From NCBI GenBank assembly GCA_041659445.1, contig JBAZYG010000002.1, positions 189,869 to 221,868 on the forward strand: 32,000 nt of DNA, read 5' to 3'. The notes below the pieces were generated by a model. That model had not been told where the DNA came from, did no database searches, and was given only the letters and a program-made list of their open reading frames with translations. The position numbers were made by a program, and so were the translations under genes. The stretch comes from Candidatus Saccharimonadota bacterium (GTDB lineage Archaea; Nanobdellota; Nanobdellia; Pacearchaeales; GW2011-AR1). Below, piece after piece: positions 1 to 7,855 of this stretch. Position 1 is the first letter of the stretch; the number at the start of each line of letters is the position of its first letter.

Positions 1-57
1 GGACAATGTTCAATTCAAATTTTAAACTCTGAAAATTTTGAAGAAGAAAGTAATTAA
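1..57 (+). CDS. 3' end of an unidentified CDS entering from upstream (partial)
   Basis: Only frame 1 is open from base 1 to TAA at 55-57 (GQCSIQILNSENFEEESN*). The other two + frames hit stops within about 30 nt. Confidence 0.3.
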   Translation, partial: GQCSIQILNSENFEEESN

Positions 58-91
58 ATATTTAAGAAAAATGAAAGGAGGTAAAAAATAA

Positions 92-625
92 ATGGTTAAA
101 AAAAATAATTCTTGGTTATTATGGGTTGTTTTAATCGTCGCTGTTGTTGCAATAATTTTAAGTGCAATTGCAATTTCTAAATCTAATAATATAACAGGAA
201 ATAGTATTTTTGATTTTTTTAAAAAATCCTCAATTTCAACAAATACTCAAACTCAATCTAAAGGTTTGTTAGCTGATGCGTATTTAGCTTCAGGAAAAAG
301 TTCTGAATCTTTGAAAAATTATGAAGCAGTTTATGATGAAAACGGAGAATTAATTTATGAATTGCTTGATGATGCAACTTATTTTAATATTGGAAATACG
401 TATGAACTAATTGAAGATAATAATGGTGTTTTTCTTAAGTCAAAAATTACAGGATTAATGGTTCCAGGACCAGATCCCGCAGATTGTAAACCAAGATGTA
501 CTACAAATGATATATGTACACCCAATGGGCTTTATTGTAATACTCCTATAACATGTAAAGAAACACAAAAAAAGAATCATTGTCGTTGGCCTAGTAAATT
601 AGGGGGAGAAAGTTCAATAGATTAA
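92..625 (+). CDS. N-terminally membrane-anchored, Cys-rich extracellular protein (unknown family)
   Basis: AAAGGAGGT Shine-Dalgarno at 74-82, followed by ATG at 92. N-terminal hydrophobic helix WLLWVVLIVAVVAIILSAIAI. C-terminal Cys cluster (DCKPRCTTNDICTPNGLYCNTPITCKE...HC). Confidence 0.7.
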   Translation: MVKKNNSWLLWVVLIVAVVAIILSAIAISKSNNITGNSIFDFFKKSSISTNTQTQSKGLLADAYLASGKSSESLKNYEAVYDENGELIYELLDDATYFNIGNTYELIEDNNGVFLKSKITGLMVPGPDPADCKPRCTTNDICTPNGLYCNTPITCKETQKKNHCRWPSKLGGESSID

Positions 626-661
626 TTTCTTTTTTTATTCTTTTTCTTTTTTTATTTTTTC
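626..661 (+). terminator. Oligo-T / CT-rich tract, putative archaeal intrinsic terminator
   Basis: tttctttttttattctttttctttttttatttttt lies directly after the stop at 623-625. It closely resembles the tract after the S-layer gene. Confidence 0.4.
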
Positions 662-696
662 CTAAGATTTATAAGTTCTAATTTCTTTTAAAATTC

Positions 697-1173
697 ATGA
701 AGAATAAAAGAGGTTATTTAGAAATTTCTTTTGGAATGATTTTTACAATTATTTTAATTATTGCATTTATTGCATTTGCATTTTATGCAATTCAAAAATT
801 CATTTTTTTTCAAAAAGATTCTCAATATAGATTATTCCTAGAAGATTTTAAATCAGACGTGGATAAAATGTGGAAAACAACTTCAGGTTCACAAGAAGTT
901 AGTTATAGATTACCAAGCTCAATAAAACAAGTTTGTATTACTCGTAGTTGTTCTGATTTAGGTTTTGAATATAATTGTTATTCACCAGATGATAATTTAG
1001 TTTTCAATAGTTCTAAAAATAATTTTGAAAGCACTTATATTTCAAATTTAGATATTGAAAAGATTTTAGGAAGTAAAAAAGTTTATTGCTTTGATGTAAT
1101 TGATAATCAAGTTTCAATGACTTTGATTAAAGAATATAATTCTGATAAAGTTTTGGTTTTAAAAATAAAATGA
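697..1173 (+). CDS. Type IV pilin-like protein (class III signal peptide), Cys-containing
   Basis: N-terminus MKNKRG|YLEISFGMIFTIILIIAFIAFAFYAI: short basic leader, Gly at -1, then about 22 hydrophobic residues. Four Cys in the globular part. Stop overlaps the next start (ATGA). Confidence 0.7.
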   Translation: MKNKRGYLEISFGMIFTIILIIAFIAFAFYAIQKFIFFQKDSQYRLFLEDFKSDVDKMWKTTSGSQEVSYRLPSSIKQVCITRSCSDLGFEYNCYSPDDNLVFNSSKNNFESTYISNLDIEKILGSKKVYCFDVIDNQVSMTLIKEYNSDKVLVLKIK

Positions 1174-2132
1174 AAATAAAATCTTTGAAAAAAAACAAGA
1201 AAGGTTATTTGGAAATTTCTTTTTCCTGGATTTTTGCTTTTATCGTCGGAGCATTTATTTTATTTCTAGCTATTTTTGCAGTAACAAAATTAATCAAAAC
1301 AGAATCAACAAGTTCAGATGTTGAAACTTCAAGACAAATCGAAGTTTTATTAAGTCCTCTTGAAACTTCTTTTGAAGAAGGAAAATTAACAACCCTTTCA
1401 ACATCAGTTGATTCAAGAATTTTTTCAACATGTTCAGCGTCAGGAGATTTTGGTAAGCAAACTATTTCTGTAAATCAAAAAGTTTATGGAAAATGGTCAG
1501 ACACAAATACTGAAATAGAATTTGAAAATAAGTATTTGTTTTTAGATAAAAATAATGAAGGGAAAATATTTTATTTATTTTCAAAACCTTTTGATTTTGA
1601 TTTCAAAGTAGCAAGTTTAATTTATTTAATTCCTTTAGAGAAAAAATATTGTTTTAAAGGAGATATCCCTGAAGAGATTTCAGAAGAATTAGAGCAAATA
1701 AATCCTCCTAATGTTTTTGTCGAGGATTCAGATAATGATTGTTCTGGAAATGAAATCCAAGTTTGCTTTGGAAATCCTGATGAAAGTTGTGAAATTTCTG
1801 TTGATGTTTTTGAATATGCTGTTATAAAAGAAAATAAAAGAGTTTATTATGAAAACAATAATGCATTATTGTATTCTGCAATTTTTTCAAGTCCTGAATT
1901 TTATGAATGTCAAGTTAAGAGAATTATGTTAAGAGCAAATTCATTAGCAAGCTTATATAAAGATAAATTGTTTTTACCTTCTTTAATAAATTGCAATCCT
2001 GAATTAGTATCTGAATTGTCTTATTTTCAAAATGTGTTAAGTAATTATGAAGATTCAAATGATTTAGCTTCTGTTTTTTCAAGTGCAGAAGAACTTCAAT
2101 ATAAGAATAATGCGAGGTGTGAAGCATGGTAA
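1170..2132 (+). CDS. Type IV pilin-like protein (class III signal peptide), Cys-rich, 320 aa
   Basis: MKIKSLKKNKKG|YLEISFSWIFAFIVGAFILFLAIFAV. Its N-terminus is paralogous to the preceding gene (shared GYLEISF). About nine Cys. ATGA coupling to the upstream gene. Confidence 0.7.
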   Translation: MKIKSLKKNKKGYLEISFSWIFAFIVGAFILFLAIFAVTKLIKTESTSSDVETSRQIEVLLSPLETSFEEGKLTTLSTSVDSRIFSTCSASGDFGKQTISVNQKVYGKWSDTNTEIEFENKYLFLDKNNEGKIFYLFSKPFDFDFKVASLIYLIPLEKKYCFKGDIPEEISEELEQINPPNVFVEDSDNDCSGNEIQVCFGNPDESCEISVDVFEYAVIKENKRVYYENNNALLYSAIFSSPEFYECQVKRIMLRANSLASLYKDKLFLPSLINCNPELVSELSYFQNVLSNYEDSNDLASVFSSAEELQYKNNARCEAW

Positions 2133-2719
2133 AAAAAATTTCAAATTCACGAAAAGCTCAAAACATAAAATCAAAGATTTTGTTAGTTTCGTTTTTTCCG
2201 TCGAAAAAAGCTCAAATGAAAATTCAACAAACAGCGATAATATTACTAGCAATAACTTTATTATTTGTGTTGGTTGCTTTATTTTTTCTTTCTTTCAAAA
2301 TTCAAAATTTAAAAAAAGATGCAAATCTAGCATCTGAAAAAGATGCAATAATTTTGTCTTCTAAACTTTCTGAAAGCCCTGAATTTTCTTGTCAGCAAGC
2401 ATTTGGAAACAAAAGAGTTAATTGCATTGATTCAGATAAATTAATGGCATTAATTGAAAATTCAGACAAATATTCGAATTTTTTCGGAGTTTCAAATATT
2501 GAAGTTATTAAAATTCAAGATAAAGAAGAGCTTTTAACAAAATGCACAGACGCAAATTATCCTAATTGCAATCATTTTTCAGTTTTTGATTCAAACAATT
2601 CAGGTTTTAGTTACACTAGTTTTGTTTCGTTGTGTAGAAAAGTAAACTATCAAGATATTTATTTTTATGACAAATGTGAATTATCTAAATTAATAATAAG
2701 TTATGAAAAAATAAGTTAA
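2126..2719 (+). CDS. Type IV pilin-like protein (class III signal peptide), Cys-containing
   Basis: ...SKKA|QMKIQQTAIILLAITLLFVLVALFFL, preceded by a degenerate copy of the same motif (SRKAQNIKSKILLVSFF). Six Cys. Overlaps the upstream gene by 7 nt. The true start is uncertain. Confidence 0.6.
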   Translation: MVKKISNSRKAQNIKSKILLVSFFPSKKAQMKIQQTAIILLAITLLFVLVALFFLSFKIQNLKKDANLASEKDAIILSSKLSESPEFSCQQAFGNKRVNCIDSDKLMALIENSDKYSNFFGVSNIEVIKIQDKEELLTKCTDANYPNCNHFSVFDSNNSGFSYTSFVSLCRKVNYQDIYFYDKCELSKLIISYEKIS

Positions 2720-2799
2720 AATTTTAAAAAACAACAAAATGAAAAATAAAAAACTCAAATTAAAATTTGGTAAGTTTCATTTTTCATAAAAACAACAAA

Positions 2800-3306
2800 A
2801 TGAAAAACAAAAAAGCACAAGAAGAAATGATTGGATTTGCTTTAATCTTAGTTATAATCGGAGTTATAATTTTGGTTTTTTTCACAATCTCTATTAAAAA
2901 TAAAACAACTGTTGAAGAAAGTTATGTGACAGACAATTTTATTCAAGCTTTGTTACAACATTCAACAGACTGTGCAGAAAACTATGAAACAGATTATTTA
3001 GATTTTAGAAGATTGATAAATAAATGTGCAAATAGTGGAACAGGAAAATGTTTTCAATCAAGTTGGACATATTGTGAATCTTTAGAAAAAAATTTGAACA
3101 GTACTTTAAAGAATTCATGGCAAATTAGTTCAGATAGTTATTACAAAGCCTATGTTTTGAAAATAAATAATAAAGGAAATGAATTATTAACTATATATGA
3201 TAGTGCGAATAAAACTGAATTAACTGATGTAAAAAGTCAATTTAATTCTAAAGGTTCTGTTCAAAATTTAGGGGAAATTGATATTTATTTAGATGTTTAT
3301 TATTAA
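2800..3306 (+). CDS. Type IV pilin-like protein (class III signal peptide), Cys-containing
   Basis: MKNKKA|QEEMIGFALILVIIGVIILVFFTISI from ATG 2800. The ORF track begins at TTG 2767, but the ATG gives the canonical short basic leader. Four Cys. Confidence 0.65.
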   Translation: MKNKKAQEEMIGFALILVIIGVIILVFFTISIKNKTTVEESYVTDNFIQALLQHSTDCAENYETDYLDFRRLINKCANSGTGKCFQSSWTYCESLEKNLNSTLKNSWQISSDSYYKAYVLKINNKGNELLTIYDSANKTELTDVKSQFNSKGSVQNLGEIDIYLDVYY

Positions 3307-3656
3307 ATTTTAAAACTTATATTTAAAGTATCCACTGCTAATTCTGGTCTGTGTCTTATTCTTTTTTTTGTTTTTTCTTGTACAAAATCAACAAAACCAA
3401 ATCTTTCAAGTAATTTAACATCATCAAAAACAGATTTAAATGGCCTGTTAAGAAGTTTGGCTAATTCATAAATTGATTTTGGTTTTTTGTTTTTTATTAC
3501 ATCTAAAATCCTTGCTTTTTCATTGTTTAAAACTTGTCTTAGGGCAGAAATTCCTTCAAAATTATAATCTTTTTTTGAAAATTTTTGTTTGTAAAACACA
3601 GAAAAAGTTCCTTTATTTTCTTTTATTTCTATTTCACGTGTTTTTGATTTTGACAT
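3303..3656 (-). CDS. Winged helix-turn-helix transcriptional regulator (small, ArsR/MarR-like fold)
   Basis: ARILDVIKNKKPKSIYELAKLLNRPFKSVFDDVKLLERFGFVDF is a typical HTH plus wing pattern. The ORF is 117 aa. It sits between the pilin cluster and the S-layer gene. Confidence 0.55.
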   Translation of the reverse strand: MSKSKTREIEIKENKGTFSVFYKQKFSKKDYNFEGISALRQVLNNEKARILDVIKNKKPKSIYELAKLLNRPFKSVFDDVKLLERFGFVDFVQEKTKKRIRHRPELAVDTLNISFKI

Positions 3657-3792
3657 TTTTAATGATTTAATTGAATTATTTTCCGTCTATAGTATATATA
3701 TGTTATTTTTTAATATATATATTTTTTGTTTTTTGTTGAGAGAGCCTAAAACTCGCTTTAATATGTATTAATAACATAATGGTTACATAAGC

Positions 3793-3802
3793 TTTATAAA
3801 TA
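3793..3802 (+). promoter_or_regulatory. Candidate archaeal TATA box for the S-layer gene
   Basis: TTTATAAATA lies about 245 nt upstream of ATG 4046 and about 15 nt upstream of an 11-bp hairpin. Many TATA-like strings exist in this AT-rich DNA, so this is weak. Confidence 0.25.
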
Positions 3803-3816
3803 AAACCTAGAATTAT

Positions 3817-3857
3817 AGCTTGTTCTAGGTCACAACCGAAAACTTATAGAACAAGCT
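3817..3857 (+). promoter_or_regulatory. Perfect 11-bp stem / 19-nt loop hairpin in the S-layer upstream region
   Basis: agcttgttcta (3817-3827) is the exact reverse complement of tagaacaagct (3847-3857). Confidence 0.6.
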
Positions 3858-4045
3858 TTTTAAAGGAAATTGAGTTTTTTACATTACGTCAAAGGTCTTA
3901 TAGGGGATTAATAAGCATTTGAGGGACACGAATGCAATATCTTCTATGAGATTGCTAAATAGCCCCCTATCTATTTAGGTGACGCATACGTTACCATTGG
4001 TAACTCGCGATATACAATTGAAAGGAGGTTTTAAAAAAAATAAAA

Positions 4046-6445
4046 ATGAAAAACGTTTTTAAGAAGATTGTTGCTATTAGTGCTAGTGTATTAATGACTG
4101 GCTTCACTGCAGGTATTGCAGCAGCAGCAAGTTTTCCAGCTCCATTCGTTCAAAGCGGTGTAGCTGACGTAGCTATTGTTTATGGTACAGGTACTGGTGT
4201 TTCTTCAGTTGATTTTACTCACGCTGGAAACATCCAAACAACTTTGGGTGAATCTATGCCAAGTACAGGAGGAACTCCTGTAGGTGGTGAATCATATAAA
4301 TTTGAAAAAACATCTACTAAATTCCATTTAGGTGATAACTTCACAACACTTAGAGAAACATTAACAGATGATCATTTACCTGTTCTATTAGGAGATGGTA
4401 TCTATGTTGATGATGATAATGATGAATTCGATTATACTCAAAAAATCGAAATGAATGCATCAGTATTATCTATGTTCTCTGATAGTGATTATGATGACAG
4501 TGCACCTACAGTTGGATTTAGAATAGCTTCAGGATATAATGTCTTGAACTATACAGTTACTTTTGTTGACCAACCACTTATGTCTGATTTAGTTACTTCA
4601 ACTTTACCTATAATGGGTAAAGAGTACTATGTTTTATCAAACAGTACAAGCGGAGCTAATAATATTTTAACATTATTAGATTCAGCTGATAGTGCTATTG
4701 TATCAGATGCAGAAGGAGATAGTATAACACTTACTGCTGGTGGGAAAACTTATGTTGTTACTGTTCCTTATATAAGTTCAACAGAGGTGAAATTATCAAT
4801 TAATGGAGAAACTACTAACACATTAAACGAAGCTGAAACTCAAAAATTATCTGATGGTTCATACGTTGGTATTAGAGATATCATGTATAACGCTCACGAT
4901 ACTGGAGTAAGCCAAGTAGAGTTTAGTATAGGATCTGGTAAATTAAAAATTACAAGTGGTTCTGAAATCCAAATTAATGATAATATCATAAACGGTATTA
5001 CTGCTGTAATAACAAATAGTAGTGCAGCTGCAACAACACTTACAAGTATTGAACTTGAGTGGAAGACTGATGATGATACATTCATCACAGAAGGTAGTGA
5101 AATTACAATGCCAGGATTTGGAATTGTAAAACTATCTTACACTGGACTTACTTTCCCTACAGAAGAGGAATTCACTGTTGAGCAAGGTTCAGATACCTAC
5201 ATAATGCTTAACGACTTCCCAGTTAAAGATGGAACTATAGATATTCCATTATTATACGGAAGTGCAGGTGGTCCTTACTCTGGTTTAGGTAAAGATGCAA
5301 CTAACAAATTAGTTACAAGCAATATTACTGGTTCATCTGTTCCTTTAAAATTCGATAAAGATACTGATGAAATGTTTGTTGTTACTTATGAAACTACAAC
5401 AGAATGTGAGTCATATGTATTAAAGGCTACATCATTCGGAGTAGATACTGCAAATAACAATCAAACAACTATTCAAAGGTGGAAAGACGGAGCATGGACA
5501 GATGAAAGAGATGTAAAAGCAACAGATACTTTCTCAATTGGTAGTGCAGAGTTAGGTGTTCAATATGTTGAAAGATCACCAGGTAATTTTGTAAATATTA
5601 CTTCAAACAGTTCAAGTACTAAGTTTAACATACTTTGTTCTGATAAAGGATTAAAGTTATGGTTGCCTTGGACATATACTGCTGGTTCTATTAACATGAG
5701 TTATAAAACAGGAGCAATTAACTTGACTGCAATGGGAGATGCCTCTGAAAACTATTCTGCTGGTTTCAATGGTACTAATTGGTATCTTCAAATGCAAGAA
5801 GAAGATAAAGATGGAAATATTGCAGCTGGAGATCAATGGAATATCTCATTAGGTTGGGATAGTTCAACTACTGCTGAACCACAAGTCTCTGACTTGAGAG
5901 GAGAAGATGTAACTGCTGTTAAACTTGACTCTGATAGTACTGACTATAGAAGCTTCATGTATTCTGCTCTCGCAACAGAATTCATATGGCATCAACCTAG
6001 TTCAGACCAAGATAGTATAGATATACTATATCACGGAGATGAAGTTGCTGCAGATGTTTATATTACATCACCAGAAGCTACTACTACTGGAACAAGTTCA
6101 TTAGGAAATGTTCTTGTAAAAGATAGCGAAGTTGCTAGCGTACAATCAAAGAACTTAATCGTTGTTGGTGGAAGTTGTATTAACTCAGTTGCTGCTAATT
6201 TAGTTGGTGGTAGCTATTGTGGTCCAAGTTTCACAACTGCAACAGGTGTTGGAGCAGGACAATTCTTAATCCAAAGTTACGGCGATGCCTATACTACTGG
6301 AAAAGTTGCTCTATTAGTTGCTGGTTACAACGTTGATGATACTGCTAACGGTGCTACATACTTGAGAACAAAGACTGTAGATACAACTGCTGGTAAGAAG
6401 TACATTGGTACATCTTCAACAGAAGCTACACTTCAAGTTGCTTAA
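4046..6445 (+). CDS. S-layer (surface layer) protein, methanococcal MJ0822-like C-terminal region
   Basis: Strong SD AAAGGAGGT at 4021-4029. Signal peptide MKNVFKKIVAISASVLMTGFTAGIAAAASF. The 799-aa product is rich in T/S/G/D/N and poor in K. C-terminus NLIVVGGSCINSVAANLVGG...GKVALLVAGYNVDDTANGATYL resembles the S-layer family as I recall it. GC and codon choice are visibly different from neighbouring genes. Confidence 0.7.
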   Translation: MKNVFKKIVAISASVLMTGFTAGIAAAASFPAPFVQSGVADVAIVYGTGTGVSSVDFTHAGNIQTTLGESMPSTGGTPVGGESYKFEKTSTKFHLGDNFTTLRETLTDDHLPVLLGDGIYVDDDNDEFDYTQKIEMNASVLSMFSDSDYDDSAPTVGFRIASGYNVLNYTVTFVDQPLMSDLVTSTLPIMGKEYYVLSNSTSGANNILTLLDSADSAIVSDAEGDSITLTAGGKTYVVTVPYISSTEVKLSINGETTNTLNEAETQKLSDGSYVGIRDIMYNAHDTGVSQVEFSIGSGKLKITSGSEIQINDNIINGITAVITNSSAAATTLTSIELEWKTDDDTFITEGSEITMPGFGIVKLSYTGLTFPTEEEFTVEQGSDTYIMLNDFPVKDGTIDIPLLYGSAGGPYSGLGKDATNKLVTSNITGSSVPLKFDKDTDEMFVVTYETTTECESYVLKATSFGVDTANNNQTTIQRWKDGAWTDERDVKATDTFSIGSAELGVQYVERSPGNFVNITSNSSSTKFNILCSDKGLKLWLPWTYTAGSINMSYKTGAINLTAMGDASENYSAGFNGTNWYLQMQEEDKDGNIAAGDQWNISLGWDSSTTAEPQVSDLRGEDVTAVKLDSDSTDYRSFMYSALATEFIWHQPSSDQDSIDILYHGDEVAADVYITSPEATTTGTSSLGNVLVKDSEVASVQSKNLIVVGGSCINSVAANLVGGSYCGPSFTTATGVGAGQFLIQSYGDAYTTGKVALLVAGYNVDDTANGATYLRTKTVDTTAGKKYIGTSSTEATLQVA

Positions 6446-6450
6446 ATAAA

Positions 6451-6483
6451 TTTTAATTTTTTTTCTTTTTCTTTTATTTTTTT
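6451..6483 (+). terminator. Oligo-T / CT-rich tract, putative terminator of the S-layer gene
   Basis: ttttaattttttttctttttcttttattttttt lies just after the stop at 6443-6445. Confidence 0.45.
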
Positions 6484-6575
6484 AAGGCTCAGTGTTAACT
6501 CTATTAAAAAAATAAATATAAAATTTATTAAGGCAAATTCAAAATCTTTTTATACTATCTTTATTTTTTTATATT

Positions 6576-7172
6576 ATGAAGAAGATTAAAACAAAATCTC
6601 AAGAAGAAAAAAAACAAAAAAGAAAACAATTAATCATTGGGTTGATTTTAGTTTTTGTAATGATAGCAAGCACGTTTGGAATTGTGATGAATTCTTTTGG
6701 AGAAAAATCAAATTCAAATGAAATAATAAATTATAACGGGGTTGAATTTATACATCAAAATAATTATTGGGTTTTTTCAATAGAATCTTATAATTTTGCT
6801 ATCTTAAATAATCCACAAGAATTAGAAAAATTTCAATTTAAAGGTTCAAAAACTTCTATAAAAGATTTAAGCACTTATGTAAATTTGCCTTTATATATTC
6901 AATCAAATGATTATTATCTAACAAATATAATAACTCAAGATTTTCAACCTTTTGTTGAGAGAATCCAATATGCTTGTTTAGAAAATAACACAGATTGCCC
7001 TGAAGATTATCCTATAAAAAATTGTCAAAATAATTTTATTATAATTTCATATTCTGAGAATTCAACAAGTTTAAGACAACAAGACAATTGTATTTTTTTA
7101 GAAGGAAATTCAGAAGAGTTAGTCAATCTTACAGATGTTTTTGTTTTAAAGACATTCAGGATTAGAGAATAA
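6576..7172 (+). CDS. Membrane-anchored extracellular protein, paralog A (unknown family)
   Basis: Lys-rich N-terminus, then TM helix LIIGLILVFVMIASTFGIVM. Shares the motif YNFAILNNPQELEKFQFKG with the next gene (YNFYLRTNPRQLVKMNFEG). Contains Cys pairs. Confidence 0.65.
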   Translation: MKKIKTKSQEEKKQKRKQLIIGLILVFVMIASTFGIVMNSFGEKSNSNEIINYNGVEFIHQNNYWVFSIESYNFAILNNPQELEKFQFKGSKTSIKDLSTYVNLPLYIQSNDYYLTNIITQDFQPFVERIQYACLENNTDCPEDYPIKNCQNNFIIISYSENSTSLRQQDNCIFLEGNSEELVNLTDVFVLKTFRIRE

Positions 7173-7201
7173 TTTATAAATGTTAAAAACCATTTTTAAA
7201 A

Positions 7202-7855
7202 ATGAATAAAAGAAAGAAAGAATCAAAAGAACAAAAAAAAGACAAAGAAGATTCTATTTTAAAAGAAAAAAATGAATCTAAAAAGCATCAAAGAATAATT
7301 AAAATTGTTATAATATTTTCTTTGGTTGTTGTTGCTTTAATTTTAGTAGCATATTTTTCAGTAAATGCAATAAGAAATTATAATTATAATAATGTTAAAT
7401 TTGAAACTGTTCAAGAAGGAGATTTAATTCTTTATCACACTTCAATACCTGTTTCTTATGAAGGTCAAGTAGTTCCTTATAATTTTTACTTGAGAACAAA
7501 TCCAAGACAGCTTGTTAAAATGAATTTTGAAGGAGTTGAAGATTTTGCATTATACAAAAATGCAGTAATCAATTTTGAAAAAGATTTTAATTGTGAAGGA
7601 GATGGTATTATTGCAATAGCAAATTTAGTTCAATTGCATCAAGCAATAGGAATTAATTTAATAACAGATGAAAATGCAACTTGTGATGAATATTCTCGAT
7701 ATTTATATCTTTATTTAAGAGAAGGAAATGAGACAGAAATAATTCAAACTGGAAAATCTTGTTATGATTTAGTTATTTCAGATTGTAAAATTCTTCCATC
7801 AACAGAAAGAATTATGCTCGAAATATTTTCAAAGTATAATGAAATAATTGAATAA
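7202..7855 (+). CDS. Membrane-anchored extracellular protein, paralog B (unknown family)
   Basis: Lys/Glu-rich N-terminus, then TM helix IIKIVIIFSLVVVALILVAYF. Paralogous core to 6576-7172. Contains Cys pairs. Confidence 0.65.
   Translation: MNKRKKESKEQKKDKEDSILKEKNESKKHQRIIKIVIIFSLVVVALILVAYFSVNAIRNYNYNNVKFETVQEGDLILYHTSIPVSYEGQVVPYNFYLRTNPRQLVKMNFEGVEDFALYKNAVINFEKDFNCEGDGIIAIANLVQLHQAIGINLITDENATCDEYSRYLYLYLREGNETEIIQTGKSCYDLVISDCKILPSTERIMLEIFSKYNEIIE

Noticed and set aside
1924-2337. ORFs 1924-2127 (-) and 2083-2337 (+)
   Set aside because: Both lie inside or overlap the well-supported pilin-like genes 1170-2132 and 2126-2719 in other frames. Their low-complexity translations have no signal, so I treat them as shadow ORFs.
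2767-2799. TTG start at 2767 for the fourth pilin-like gene
   Set aside because: ATG 2800 gives the canonical short basic leader MKNKKA|Q. The TTG extension adds a hydrophobic MVSFIFHKNNK segment that is incompatible with a class III signal.
3473-3670. ORF 3473-3670 (+)
   Set aside because: It is antisense to the wHTH regulator gene (3303-3656). The translation is Leu/Phe-rich, which is typical of the reverse strand of a Lys/Glu-rich gene.
3657-4045. SRP RNA or RNase P RNA in the long intergenic region
   Set aside because: I could not find the conserved RNase P CR-I (GGAAAGUCC-like) motif or the SRP helix-8 motifs. The region is too AT-rich and too short for either. It is retained only as an S-layer leader or unknown structured element.
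4894-5088. ORF 4894-5088 (-)
   Set aside because: It is embedded antisense in the S-layer gene and has no independent support.
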